Origin: an uncultured Acidobacteriota bacterium
Lineage (GTDB): Bacteria > Acidobacteriota > Thermoanaerobaculia > UBA5066 > DATFVB01
Assembly: GCA_963813155.1 (NCBI GenBank)
Contig: CAWEYG010000017.1
Span: 1 to 20,952 of the forward strand
Direction: 5' to 3'
DNA: 20,952 nt
The notes below the pieces were generated by a model that made no database searches, had not been told where the DNA came from, and saw nothing but the letters and a program-made list of their open reading frames with translations. Shown here in pieces: positions 9,056-18,513 of this stretch (position 1 is the stretch's first letter; the number at the start of each line of letters is the position of its first letter). The translations under genes were made by a program, and so were the position numbers.

Positions 9056-9145
9056 CCGGCGGATCATACGCGAACGTGCCCCGCCGATCGGCGCATTCGG
9101 CCCGGATTGCCGGGCGGGGAGCGATCCGGTATGTTCGAGGCGATG
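9053..9145. promoter_or_regulatory. Divergent leaderless-type promoters
   Basis: Minus strand: TATGAT (9068-9063) - 7 nt - ATG 9055. Plus strand: TATGTT (9130-9135) - 7 nt - ATG 9143. Confidence 0.55.
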
Positions 9146-11005
9146 GCCGATCCCATCAGTTCCGTGACCGGCACCAAAGGGGGCCTCGCCGTCGCTCCGT
9201 CGCTGGAGCCCTCGATCGAGACCGCGCGGACGCCGCCCCGGACCCCGACCCTCGACCGGAGGGTCGTCGTGATCAGCCTCTGGGCGATTCTGATCGGGTT
9301 GGGCGCCGGCCTCGTGGCCCGTGGCCTCGTGCTGCTCATCGGTTTCATCACGAACATCTCGTTCTACCAGCGGCTCTCCTTCTCGTTCGCTTCGCCGGCC
9401 GGCAACAAACTCGGCGCCTGGGTCATCGTCGTACCGGTCATCGGCGGAATCGTCGTCGGCTTCATGGCCCGCTACGGCTCCAAGGCGATTCGGGGACACG
9501 GGATTCCCGAAGCGATGGAACAAGTGTTGCTCAACAAGAGCCGGATCTCGCCGCGGGTGACGCTTCTGAAGCCCCTCTCCGCCGCGGTGGCGATCGGAAC
9601 CGGCGGGCCTTTCGGAGCCGAAGGCCCGATCATCGCGACCGGCGGCGCTCTCGGCTCCCTGCTCGGACAGCTCCTCGAGACGACCGCGGTCGAGCGCAAG
9701 ACGCTCCTCGCCGCGGGCGCCGCCGCCGGGATGGCCGCGACGTTCGGAAGCCCCGTTTCGGCCGTGCTCCTCGCCATCGAGCTCCTGCTCTTCGAATTCC
9801 GCTCCCGATCCCTCGTGCCCGTCGCGCTCGCGAGCGCGGCGGCGACGGGGATGCGTTTCTTCCTCGTGGGCACCGACCCGGTCTTCGCGATGTCCCAGCT
9901 GTCGAAGCCGGGCGGCGTCGCCCTCGCGCTCTACGTCGCTCTCGGGGCCGCCGTCGGGGTCGTCGCCGTCGCCGTGACAAGGGCCGTCTACAGGGTGGAA
10001 GACGCGTTCGAAAAGCTCCCGATTCACTGGATGTGGTGGCCGGCGATCGGGGCTGTCGCGGTCGGCGTCGTGGGATGGATTCTTCCTTCGACGCTCGGCG
10101 TGGGCTACGACAACATCGACGCGATTCTCTCGGCGCGCCTCACCGTCGAAGCGGTCGCGCTGCTCGGAGGGCTGAAATTCCTCTCCTGGGCAATCGCGCT
10201 CGGGAGCGGAACGTCCGGAGGAACGCTCGCGCCGCTGTTCACGATCGGCGGCGCGCTCGGCGCCCTGCTCGGCGAGGGCCTGCGCGCGCTGCTCCCGTCC
10301 GCGGGGATCGATGTTCGAATCGCCGCGCTCGTCGGAATGGCGGCGATCTTCGCGGGCGCGTCGCGCGCGCTCCTGACGTCGGTCGTGTTCGCGTTCGAAA
10401 CGACGCTCCAGCCGCTCGGCCTCCTGCCGCTGCTAGGCGGCTGCACGGCCTCGTTCCTGGTGTCTTCCCTGCTGATGCGGGAAACGATCATGACCGAGAA
10501 GATCTCGCGGCGCGGAGTTCGGGTCCCGGCCGACTACGAAGCGGATTTCCTCGGGCAGGTGCTCGTCCGCGATGCCTGCTCGCGGGACGTCGTCTCGCTG
10601 CGCACGGACCAGACTCTCGACGAGATCCGAAAATGGATCGCGTCGGGGGCACGGGGGACATCGCACCAGGGTTATCCCGTCGTCGACCGGAATGGAGCGC
10701 TCGCCGGAGTGCTGACACGGCGGATCCTGCTCGATCCGCTCCACGACGGCTCGAGGAATCTTCGCGAGCTGCTGACACGGCCGCCGGCCGCGGTCTTCGA
10801 AGACTCGACGTTGCGGGAGGCTGCCGATCACATGGTCGGAGAGGACGTCGGCCGGCTTCCGGTCGTCGCTCGGGAGCAGCCCTCCCGCGTCATCGGCTTC
10901 ATCACCCGCGGCGACCTGCTTGCGGCGCACCGGGGAAGGCTTGACGCTTCCTCGAAACCGGAGCGCGCGATCGGGTGGAGCCGAAAGGCCGCTCCGAAGA
11001 CCTAG
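9143..11005 (+). CDS. ClC (EriC) family anion channel/transporter with C-terminal CBS pair
   Basis: [41 protein letters not shown], many TM segments. CBS motifs [15 protein letters not shown] and [14 protein letters not shown]. Confidence 0.93.
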   Translation: MADPISSVTGTKGGLAVAPSLEPSIETARTPPRTPTLDRRVVVISLWAILIGLGAGLVARGLVLLIGFITNISFYQRLSFSFASPAGNKLGAWVIVVPVIGGIVVGFMARYGSKAIRGHGIPEAMEQVLLNKSRISPRVTLLKPLSAAVAIGTGGPFGAEGPIIATGGALGSLLGQLLETTAVERKTLLAAGAAAGMAATFGSPVSAVLLAIELLLFEFRSRSLVPVALASAAATGMRFFLVGTDPVFAMSQLSKPGGVALALYVALGAAVGVVAVAVTRAVYRVEDAFEKLPIHWMWWPAIGAVAVGVVGWILPSTLGVGYDNIDAILSARLTVEAVALLGGLKFLSWAIALGSGTSGGTLAPLFTIGGALGALLGEGLRALLPSAGIDVRIAALVGMAAIFAGASRALLTSVVFAFETTLQPLGLLPLLGGCTASFLVSSLLMRETIMTEKISRRGVRVPADYEADFLGQVLVRDACSRDVVSLRTDQTLDEIRKWIASGARGTSHQGYPVVDRNGALAGVLTRRILLDPLHDGSRNLRELLTRPPAAVFEDSTLREAADHMVGEDVGRLPVVAREQPSRVIGFITRGDLLAAHRGRLDASSKPERAIGWSRKAAPKT

Positions 11006-11011
11006 CCGTCG

Positions 11012-13180
11012 ATGCCCAGCCCCCTCTCCGTCCGGATCGCTCTCCCGGGAATTCTTCTCGCCTCTTGCGCCGCTGCTCTGGTCCATTGCGCCTCCCGGCC
11101 TGCCGCCTTTCCCTCTCTCGAGGACTACACCCGAGGAGCCTCTCCGATCGCGGAAGAGGCCGCCCGCGTCTTCGAGAGCGATTCGGCTTCCTCCCGGTTC
11201 CGGCGCCCCGAGAGCGGCGGGCTGCTCGCTGCCGCCGAGCGGTGGCGGGCCGAAGCCGACGGCACGCGCATCGAAAGCTGGATCGTCGACTTTCCGCGGA
11301 AGCCGGCCCGAACGGCGGTCATGAGGATTCGCGTGATCCTCGAGGGAACGCTCCGGGGAGAACCCGGCGTCCGGCTCTCCGCCGACGAGCTGTTCGACCT
11401 CGACCTCTCGCGCGAGGGCCCCCGTTGGACCGTCTCCGGAGCGCGGACCGTCGAGACGCCCCGAATTCTCCGCGGCCGGCCGCACCTGCGCGAGGTCGCG
11501 TCGGAGATCGGCCTATCCGCCGCACGCAACGACTCGCTCGATCCCGCGGAAGCGACGAACCTGTGCATTCCGGCGACTCACCACCACCCCGGAGTCGTGC
11601 TCGCCGACTTCGACGGCGACGGTTCGATCGACATCGTTCTCCCGGGCGCGCATCCCCGGCTCTTTCTCAACGATGGCCGGGGCCATTTTCGGGACGCAAC
11701 CCGCGGCTCGGGCCTGGAAGAGCTTCCTCCCGGAGAAGCGGCGGGAGGCGTCGCGGCCGACCTCGACGGCGACGGGCTGCCGGAGCTCTTCCTCACGTAC
11801 GCCTATTCCGATTGCCGCCTTCTCCACAACGACGGGAACGGCCGGTTCCACGACATCACGTCCGAGGCCGGGCTCGCCGCGCTCTCGGGGACGTTCACGT
11901 CGGCGGTGTTTTTCGACGCGGATCGCGACGGGCGCCTCGATCTCTTCGTCGCGGCCTACGGCGACGCGAGACAGACGGGCCCCGCGTACTCCGGGAAGAA
12001 CGGACCGGGGTCCCGCTTCTTCCACAACGTCGAGAAGGACGGCCGGCCGTTCTTCGTCGACGAGACGGTGCAGGCCGGCTTCTCGGATCGGGGCTGGGCC
12101 TTCGCTGCGTCGGCGTGCGATTTCGACGGGGACGGCGACGACGACCTGTACGTCGCGAACGATTTCGGCACGAACTGCCTCTACGAAAACGTCTCCACGC
12201 CCGGCCGTCCGCGGTTCCGCGAGATCGCGAAAAAGGCCGGCGTGCTCGACGACGGCTACGGGATGGGTGTCGCGTGGGGGGACTACGACGGGGACGGGCG
12301 CTTCGATCTCCACGTCTCCGATTTCTCGTCTCCCTACCGGTGGATGATCCGGTCTCCCCTGCTGCCGATGCCGCCGGTTCCGGCTCTCGTGGAGGCCGTC
12401 GCGCGCCCGATCGTCGTTCCCATGCTGCTGCGCCGCTGCGAAGGAGACGGCCTCTACCGGAATCGCGGGGACGGAACGTTCGAGAAGACTTCCGCGAAGG
12501 CGGGAGTCGCCGAGGGAGGATGGGCGTGGGGAACGGAATTCGTCGACCTCGACGGCGACGGTTTCGAAGACCTCCTCGTCGTCAACGGGATGTGGGAAGC
12601 CCTTCCCGGCGGGAAATGCGACGAGGTGAAATTCTGGAACGACATGTCGGCGGAAGGGATCGCGTTTCACGACGGGTTCTGGGGCGGAATCGATTTCGGC
12701 CGCGACGGAATGGCGTCCCGGACGGCGAAGCACCTCTACCGAAACCTCGGGAACGGGAAATTCGAGGACGACGCGTATGTCGAGGGCTTCGACACGCGCG
12801 GCGACACCCGGGGGCTCGCGTTCGGCGATCTGGACGGCGACGGCGCGCCCGAGATCGTGCTCTCCACGTTTCGCGGACCCCTCCTCGTCTATCGCAACGG
12901 GTGGAACGCCGCCCGGCGCCTGACGCTCCGCCTGGAAACGGCTTCCGGCCACAACCGCGAAGCGGTCGGGGCCGTCGTGAGATTGACGACGGCGGGACGA
13001 ACGCAAATCCGCGAAGTTCGCGCCGGCTCGTCGTTTCTTTCCTGTTCCGCGAAGGAGCTCTACTTCGGCCTCGGGAGCGCCGAGCAGGCCGATTCGATCG
13101 AGGTTCGCTGGCCGGACGGCAGGCGCGAAACGCGTACCAATGTGCCGGCGGGGAAGGTCGTGTGGAAAGAAGGCGAGTGA
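11012..13180 (+). CDS. CRTAC1-family protein: FG-GAP-like repeats plus ASPIC/UnbV domain, N-terminal signal/lipoprotein-like
   Basis: Seven DxDxDG motifs. C-terminal NREAVGAVV..GSSFLS..LYFGLG..IEVRWPDG. About 150 aa of extra N-terminal region. Confidence 0.9.
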   Translation: MPSPLSVRIALPGILLASCAAALVHCASRPAAFPSLEDYTRGASPIAEEAARVFESDSASSRFRRPESGGLLAAAERWRAEADGTRIESWIVDFPRKPARTAVMRIRVILEGTLRGEPGVRLSADELFDLDLSREGPRWTVSGARTVETPRILRGRPHLREVASEIGLSAARNDSLDPAEATNLCIPATHHHPGVVLADFDGDGSIDIVLPGAHPRLFLNDGRGHFRDATRGSGLEELPPGEAAGGVAADLDGDGLPELFLTYAYSDCRLLHNDGNGRFHDITSEAGLAALSGTFTSAVFFDADRDGRLDLFVAAYGDARQTGPAYSGKNGPGSRFFHNVEKDGRPFFVDETVQAGFSDRGWAFAASACDFDGDGDDDLYVANDFGTNCLYENVSTPGRPRFREIAKKAGVLDDGYGMGVAWGDYDGDGRFDLHVSDFSSPYRWMIRSPLLPMPPVPALVEAVARPIVVPMLLRRCEGDGLYRNRGDGTFEKTSAKAGVAEGGWAWGTEFVDLDGDGFEDLLVVNGMWEALPGGKCDEVKFWNDMSAEGIAFHDGFWGGIDFGRDGMASRTAKHLYRNLGNGKFEDDAYVEGFDTRGDTRGLAFGDLDGDGAPEIVLSTFRGPLLVYRNGWNAARRLTLRLETASGHNREAVGAVVRLTTAGRTQIREVRAGSSFLSCSAKELYFGLGSAEQADSIEVRWPDGRRETRTNVPAGKVVWKEGE

Positions 13181-13310
13181 TCCGCCCGGCGGGTGGCGCG
13201 GGGCGAGACCCCTTTTGCCGCTCGCGGCGCGGAGTTGTAGCAAAGTCCTCGAATCGCAGCGAGCGGAAAAGCGGGGCGAGTCCTGCGACAGGACCCGCCG
13301 GGGGGCGGAT
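13180..13310. repeat. Long intergenic palindromic (REP-like) element
   Basis: ATCCGCCC-GGCGGGT pairs with ACCCGCC-ggg-GGGCGGAT. CTTTTGCCGCTCGC (13212-13225) pairs with GCGAGCGGAAAAG (13259-13271). Small hairpin GTCCTG-cga-CAGGAC (13280-13294). Confidence 0.65.
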
Positions 13311-13926
13311 GGGCTTTCCAGCTCTGCCGGCTTTGATCCTCTTGCTCACGGTTCCGCTCCTCGCTTCCGAAAAAGCCCGCGCGTTCCGCGTCCGCGTCGG
13401 CGGCGAGTCGGTCCGCGTGATCGTCCCGAAGACGTTCGAGCCCCTTCTCCCCGGCTCGGTCTACCCGAATCGCCGAAAGCCCGCGGACGCGCGGCGGCTC
13501 CCGATCGCGATCCTCGCGCCGGAGACCGCTCCCGCCCTCGAATTCCTCCTCGAGCGGCAGTTTCTCGTCGCGGTGCGCCACTCCGCGACGGTCGAGGATC
13601 TTCTCGGGGCACTCGCCTCCCGGCCGGAGGCGGACCCGGGCCGCGCCGCGATTTTCGTTTTTCGCGAGGCCCCGGTGCTGCCGGCCGCGATCCGCGCGAT
13701 CGCGATCTTCGATCCCGATCTCCCGGGTAAACCGGCCGCGGCCTTCTCTTCCGTCGCCCTTTTCCTCCGGTCGCCGCACCTCGTTCCCTCCGCGGAGCTT
13801 TCCCGCGATCTGAACGGCCGCTTCGGGACGCATGCCGTCGAGAAGTGGTACCGGGGCGAAACGGGTTTTCCGAAGCAGGCCTACCGCGACGCCGCGGAGT
13901 GGGCGGCAATGATCCTCTCGCGTTAG
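13309..13926 (+). CDS. Exported hypothetical protein, possibly degenerate alpha/beta-hydrolase-like
   Basis: Signal-peptide-like MGFPALPALILLLTVPLLA. Fills the gap co-directionally between two genes. Segments LASRPEADPGRAAIF and GFPKQAYRDAAEW weakly recall dienelactone-hydrolase-like proteins. Confidence 0.6.
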   Translation: MGFPALPALILLLTVPLLASEKARAFRVRVGGESVRVIVPKTFEPLLPGSVYPNRRKPADARRLPIAILAPETAPALEFLLERQFLVAVRHSATVEDLLGALASRPEADPGRAAIFVFREAPVLPAAIRAIAIFDPDLPGKPAAAFSSVALFLRSPHLVPSAELSRDLNGRFGTHAVEKWYRGETGFPKQAYRDAAEWAAMILSR

Positions 13927-13937
13927 AATCAAAGGTC

Positions 13938-16721
13938 ATGGCGGATCCGTCCCCGAAGTCTCGAAGCACTGTCCTCCAACCCTGGCAACGCCGGATCTAC
14001 CAGATCCTTCTCGTGCCTCTCGGGTTGATCGCCGCCGATTCCATCTACCTCGTTTCGTTCACGAAGTACTCGTCGTTTTTCATGGCGATGTTGCTGCTGC
14101 ACCTCGTGCTCGGGCTCCTGCTCTCCATCCCCTTCTTCGTCTTCGCTTTCACGCACGCGCGGAAGATGATCCGAACGCGAAACGTTCGCGCGAGAACGGC
14201 CGGCCTCGCGATCGCGTCCCTCGCGATCATTGTCACCGTGACAGGCCTTCTCATGACCTTCAAGGGCGCGACGATCAAGAACCGGCCGATCTATTTTGCG
14301 CACGTGTTCGCGACTCCGCTTGCGCTCATCGCCTTCGTCCTTCACCGCCGGGCGCACTCGCACCAAATGGCGTTCAAGAAGCTCTTTGCCTGGGGCGGAG
14401 GGGTGGCGGGGTTCCTCGCGGTCATGGCGCTGCTCCACCTGACCGAAAAGCCGCCGCGGCGTGTCGTCAACCGGAACGGCGACACGCAGTATTTCCTGTC
14501 CTCGGCCGAGACGTTCGACCAGGGGCTGCTCGATCCCGCGAAGCTCTCCGCGAACGGCTACTGCCAGGAGTGCCATCCGAAGAGCTACGAGCGCTGGGCG
14601 AAATCGGCCCACCACTTCAGCTCGTTCAACAACCCTTTCTACCGGAGGTCAGTCGAGCTGATGGCCGACAGGGTCGGCCGCGAGAAGACGAAGTGGTGCG
14701 CGGGATGCCACGATCCCGTCGTTCTTTTCTCCGGAAAGATGGGCAAAGCGACGCTCCACAAATTCACGTACGACGACTTCGAAGCCCAGCAGGGACTGAC
14801 GTGCATGTCGTGCCACTCGATCGCGCAGGTCAAGGACGCCTCGGGCAACGGCTCGTACGTAATCGAAGAATCGAAGCAGTATCCGTTCGCATTCTCGTCG
14901 AACCGGTACCTCCACGAAGTCAACAAGCTGCTCATCCGGATGGAGCCGTCGCTCCACCGTCAGACCTTCCTCAAGCCCGTCATGCGGACGCCGGAGTTCT
15001 GTTCGACGTGCCACAAGGTCGCGCTGCTTCCGCCCATGAACGACTACAAATGGCTCCGCGGGCAGGACCATTACGATTCCTGGCAGGACTCGGGCGTATC
15101 CGGCTTCGCGGTGCGGTCCTTCTACGACCCTCCCGCGCCGAAGGCGTGCCGCGACTGCCACCTGCCTCCTTTTCCGTCCGACGAGTTCGGCAACCGCGGC
15201 GGCTTCGTCCACGACCACACCTTCCCGGCGGCGAACACGGCCCTGCCCGCCGTTCGCGGGGACGCCGAGACGGAGAAGTTCACCCAGAAGTTCCTGAAGG
15301 GGTCGCTCACGGCGGACATCTTCGCGATCCGGCGCGGCGGCGAGGTAATTCCGGTCGGACCGGAAATGCCGGCGCTCGTCCCGGGCGAAACGGTCGGCGT
15401 GGAAGTCGTCGTGCGCACGAGAAAGCTCGGCCACCAGTACACGAACGGCACGGCGGACTCCAACGAGACGTGGGTCGCGTTCTCGGCGGAAAACGGAGAA
15501 AAGAAGCTCGTCGAAAGCGGAACGCTGGCCCCCGACGGGCGTCTCGACGAGGCCGCCGACCGCCTGTCGCAGCTCGTTCTCGACCACTCCGGCCAGCCAA
15601 TGGATCGCCGGCAGCCTCCCGATATCCACACGGGCCTGTACAACAACGGGATCGGCCCGGGCGCGGATCGCGTCGTGCACTACGTCCTTCGGGTGCCGCG
15701 CGAGGCGGCAGGCGCCGTGACGTTGTCGGCGGCCGTCGAATACCGCAAGTTTTCCCGCGATTATTCGATTTTCACGGGCGGCCCGAATGCGCCGAGCCTT
15801 CCCGTCACGGAGATCTCGCGAGACTCCGTGACGCTGCCGGTTCAAAGTTCGAGGGACTCCGGCACGGGTGTCGGCCTTCGAGATCCCGAGGGAAAGCGAA
15901 CTGCGGCCGAGGGTCGAGAAGGCTCGACACGCGGGGCGGAGTCCCCGCCCCGAGGAAACTCCGATAAGGCCTGGCTTCGCTGGAACGACTACGGCATCGG
16001 CCTGTTCCTGCAGGGCGACCTGAAAGGCGCCGAGGCCGCCTGGGCTCAGGCGGAGAGCCTCGCTCCCGACAAACCGGACGGGCCGCTCAACCGCGCCCGC
16101 GCCCTGATCCAGGAAGGCAATCTGGCCGACGCGGAGACGGCGTTGAACGAGGCCGAGCGGCGCCGGCCCGGCTGGCCGAAGACGGCGTTCTTCCGCGCGA
16201 CTCTCGAGAAAGAGCAGGGCCAGCTGGATGCTGCCCTGAAGGACATGAACCTCGTCGTCGCGAAGTTTCCGAAAGACCGCGTGTGCTGGAACCAGATCGC
16301 GCGAATCCTGTTCCTCCAGGGCAGGTACGACGACGCGCTGCGCGCGATCGAAAGCGTCTACGCGATCGATCCGGAAGACCTCTCGGCCCACTACAACGCG
16401 ATGCTCTGCTTCAAGGCGCTGGGCCGAAAGCCGGAAGGGCTCGTCGAAGAGCGCTGGTACAAGTACCACAAGGACGACGAAACCGCAGGCGCGCTGATGG
16501 CCCAGTTCCGCCGCGACCATCCGTTCGCGAATCGCGAGTCGCTGCCGATCCACGTCCACGACGACGCCGCGCCGGTCGATCCGCCTCCCCCGCCGTGGAT
16601 CTCGCAGATCGGGCCGAAGGGGTATGCGTACAAGGGGTACGCGCCGCAAGGCGAGAAAGTCCTCCACGACGATCGCCCGCCCATGGTCATACCCCCGCTC
16701 GTGCCCGCGAAGTCGAAGTAA
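13938..16721 (+). CDS. Membrane-anchored penta-heme c-type cytochrome with C-terminal TPR repeats
   Basis: About five N-terminal hydrophobic helices. CxxCH x5 (CQECH, CAGCH, CMSCH, CSTCH, CRDCH). W-x-x-S-x-H after heme 1. TPR-like region from WNDYGIGLFLQGD to HYNAMLCFKALG. Start ATG 13938. Confidence 0.9.
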   Translation: MADPSPKSRSTVLQPWQRRIYQILLVPLGLIAADSIYLVSFTKYSSFFMAMLLLHLVLGLLLSIPFFVFAFTHARKMIRTRNVRARTAGLAIASLAIIVTVTGLLMTFKGATIKNRPIYFAHVFATPLALIAFVLHRRAHSHQMAFKKLFAWGGGVAGFLAVMALLHLTEKPPRRVVNRNGDTQYFLSSAETFDQGLLDPAKLSANGYCQECHPKSYERWAKSAHHFSSFNNPFYRRSVELMADRVGREKTKWCAGCHDPVVLFSGKMGKATLHKFTYDDFEAQQGLTCMSCHSIAQVKDASGNGSYVIEESKQYPFAFSSNRYLHEVNKLLIRMEPSLHRQTFLKPVMRTPEFCSTCHKVALLPPMNDYKWLRGQDHYDSWQDSGVSGFAVRSFYDPPAPKACRDCHLPPFPSDEFGNRGGFVHDHTFPAANTALPAVRGDAETEKFTQKFLKGSLTADIFAIRRGGEVIPVGPEMPALVPGETVGVEVVVRTRKLGHQYTNGTADSNETWVAFSAENGEKKLVESGTLAPDGRLDEAADRLSQLVLDHSGQPMDRRQPPDIHTGLYNNGIGPGADRVVHYVLRVPREAAGAVTLSAAVEYRKFSRDYSIFTGGPNAPSLPVTEISRDSVTLPVQSSRDSGTGVGLRDPEGKRTAAEGREGSTRGAESPPRGNSDKAWLRWNDYGIGLFLQGDLKGAEAAWAQAESLAPDKPDGPLNRARALIQEGNLADAETALNEAERRRPGWPKTAFFRATLEKEQGQLDAALKDMNLVVAKFPKDRVCWNQIARILFLQGRYDDALRAIESVYAIDPEDLSAHYNAMLCFKALGRKPEGLVEERWYKYHKDDETAGALMAQFRRDHPFANRESLPIHVHDDAAPVDPPPPPWISQIGPKGYAYKGYAPQGEKVLHDDRPPMVIPPLVPAKSK
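15853..15952. repeat. Palindromic element in frame within the cytochrome gene linker
   Basis: GGGACTCCG (15853-15861) / CGGAGTCCC (15937-15945). GTGTCGGCCTTC (15868-15879) / GAAGGCtCGACAC (15918-15930). Alternative hairpin CGGGGCGG / CCGCCCCG (15932-15952). Confidence 0.6.
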
Positions 16722-16745
16722 GAACGCTGCTGTAAACTCCCCGCG

Positions 16746-18464
16746 ATGAAGAGACTCGCCTTCGCTGCTCTGTGCCTCGCGTCATTCGCCTGCCGGAAGA
16801 AGGAAGCTCCCGTCGCCGCGAAAATCCAGCCCGTCGTCGAGGCGAAGGCGCCCGCCGTCCGCTTCCAGGAGGTCACGAAAGAATGCGGCATCGCGTTCGT
16901 CCAGGTGAGCGGCGCGGCAGGGAAGAAATGGATGCCCGAGACGATGGGAGGCGGCGTCGCGATCTTCGACTACGACAACGACGGACGCAACGACATCCTC
17001 CTCGTCTCGTCCTCGTACTGGCCGGGCGATCCCCGGGCCGCGAGCCAGAAGAGCTCCCTCGCGCTCTACCACAACGAAGGAAACGGGCCGGACGGCGTTC
17101 CGAAATTCCGCGACGCGACGAGAGAGGCCGGCCTCGAGCGCGTCCTCTACGGCATGGGCGCGGCGATCGGAGATTTCGACAATGACGGGTGGCCCGATCT
17201 CTACGTCACGGGGCTCGGCGAGCAGGGAGGCAACCGCCTCTTCCACAACGAGCACGGAAAGTTCGTCGACGTGACGAAATCGTCCGGCGCCGGCGACCCC
17301 GGCTGGGGAACGTCTGCCGCGTTCTTCGACTACGACGGCGACGGACGACTCGACCTGTTCCTCGCCCGATACGTGGAATGGAGCCCCGCGAAAGACATCT
17401 ATTGCTCGCTCGACGGGGCGCACAAGTCGTACTGCACGCCCGAGCGATACGACGGAACGTCCTCGAGACTGTTCCACAACGAGGGCAACGGCCGGTTCCG
17501 GGATGTCACGGCGGCCGCGGGCGTCGGGACGAAAAACGCGAAGGCGCTCGGCGTCGCGCCGTACGACTTCAACGGCGACGGAAAGATCGATTTCGCGGTC
17601 GCAAACGACACCGCGCCGAACAACCTCTACCGCAACAACGGCGACGGAACGTTCACGGACGTCGCTGTCGAGGCGGGCGTCGCGGTCAACGAAGCGGGCC
17701 GGTCGCGCGGAGCGATGGGAGCCGACTGGTCCGACGCGAAGAGCGGGGGCGCCGCGCTCGCGATCGGAAACTTTTCCAACGAGATGAAGTCGTTCTACTG
17801 GACCGACACCGGGGACGTGTTCCTCGATCTCTCCGCTTCCTCCGGGATCGGGCGCGACTCGCTGCTCGCTCTCACGTTCGGCGTCTTCTTCTTCGACTAC
17901 GACCTCGACGGACGATCCGACCTCTTCTTCTCGAACGGGCACGTCGAAAACTCGATCCAGGACGTGCAGAAGGCCGTGTCGTACCGGGAATCGCCGACGC
18001 TCTACTGGAACGCGGGCGACGGCCGGATGTCCGACGCAACGAGGGAGGCCGGGCTCGAGATCCCGATGGTCGGCCGCGGGGCGGCGTTCGGCGACCTGGA
18101 CGGCGACGGCGATCTCGACGTCGTGACGGTCGAGAACGGAGGCCCGGCGCACGTCTTCCTGAACCGGCTGGACAAACCGTCCCGGAGCCTTCGCCTGTTG
18201 CTGGAAGGGAGCGGCAAATCGAACCGCGACGCGATCGGGGCGAAGGTCACTGCGGTCATCGGCGGAAAAACCCAGGTCCGCATGGTGTCCACGGCGAAGT
18301 CCTACGCCTCGGCCTCGGAAAGGGCGGTCACGCTCGGCCTCGGCGACGCGACGGATGCGGATTCGGTCAAAGTCGCGTGGCCCGACGGCACGACCGCCGA
18401 AGCGGCGCATCTCGCGCCGGGGCTTTACCGGTGGGTCGAGGGAGGCCAGCCCGAAAAGAAGTGA
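16746..18464 (+). CDS. CRTAC1-family lipoprotein (FG-GAP-like repeats plus ASPIC/UnbV)
   Basis: Lipobox-like MKRLAFAALCLASFAC. PETMGGGVAIFDYDNDG, six clear Dx(D/N)xDG motifs, GRGAAFGDLDGDGDLD, SNRDAIGAKV..LGLG..VAWPDG. Confidence 0.92.
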   Translation: MKRLAFAALCLASFACRKKEAPVAAKIQPVVEAKAPAVRFQEVTKECGIAFVQVSGAAGKKWMPETMGGGVAIFDYDNDGRNDILLVSSSYWPGDPRAASQKSSLALYHNEGNGPDGVPKFRDATREAGLERVLYGMGAAIGDFDNDGWPDLYVTGLGEQGGNRLFHNEHGKFVDVTKSSGAGDPGWGTSAAFFDYDGDGRLDLFLARYVEWSPAKDIYCSLDGAHKSYCTPERYDGTSSRLFHNEGNGRFRDVTAAAGVGTKNAKALGVAPYDFNGDGKIDFAVANDTAPNNLYRNNGDGTFTDVAVEAGVAVNEAGRSRGAMGADWSDAKSGGAALAIGNFSNEMKSFYWTDTGDVFLDLSASSGIGRDSLLALTFGVFFFDYDLDGRSDLFFSNGHVENSIQDVQKAVSYRESPTLYWNAGDGRMSDATREAGLEIPMVGRGAAFGDLDGDGDLDVVTVENGGPAHVFLNRLDKPSRSLRLLLEGSGKSNRDAIGAKVTAVIGGKTQVRMVSTAKSYASASERAVTLGLGDATDADSVKVAWPDGTTAEAAHLAPGLYRWVEGGQPEKK

Positions 18465-18488
18465 CCGCGGCCGAGCTACATACCAAAC

Positions 18489-18513
18489 ATTATGGCTGTG
18501 TTATTATGGCGCG
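18489..18513 (+). promoter_or_regulatory. Extended -10 leaderless-type promoter with direct-repeat operator for the TA pair
   Basis: TGt-TATTAT (18499-18507) - 6 nt - ATG 18514. ATTATGGC is repeated at 18489-18496 and 18503-18510. Confidence 0.55.

Noticed and set aside
7164-11005. Long N-terminal extensions in the ORF track (7164..8708, 7874..10027, 8402..11005)
   Set aside because: They overlap neighbouring real genes. Starts at 7877, 9055 and 9143 are supported by ATGA coupling or the -10 pattern.
10975-13308. 983-aa ORF 10975..13926 as a full-length gene
   Set aside because: Only the part from 13309 looks protein-like. The rest is an alternate frame of the CRTAC1-family gene.
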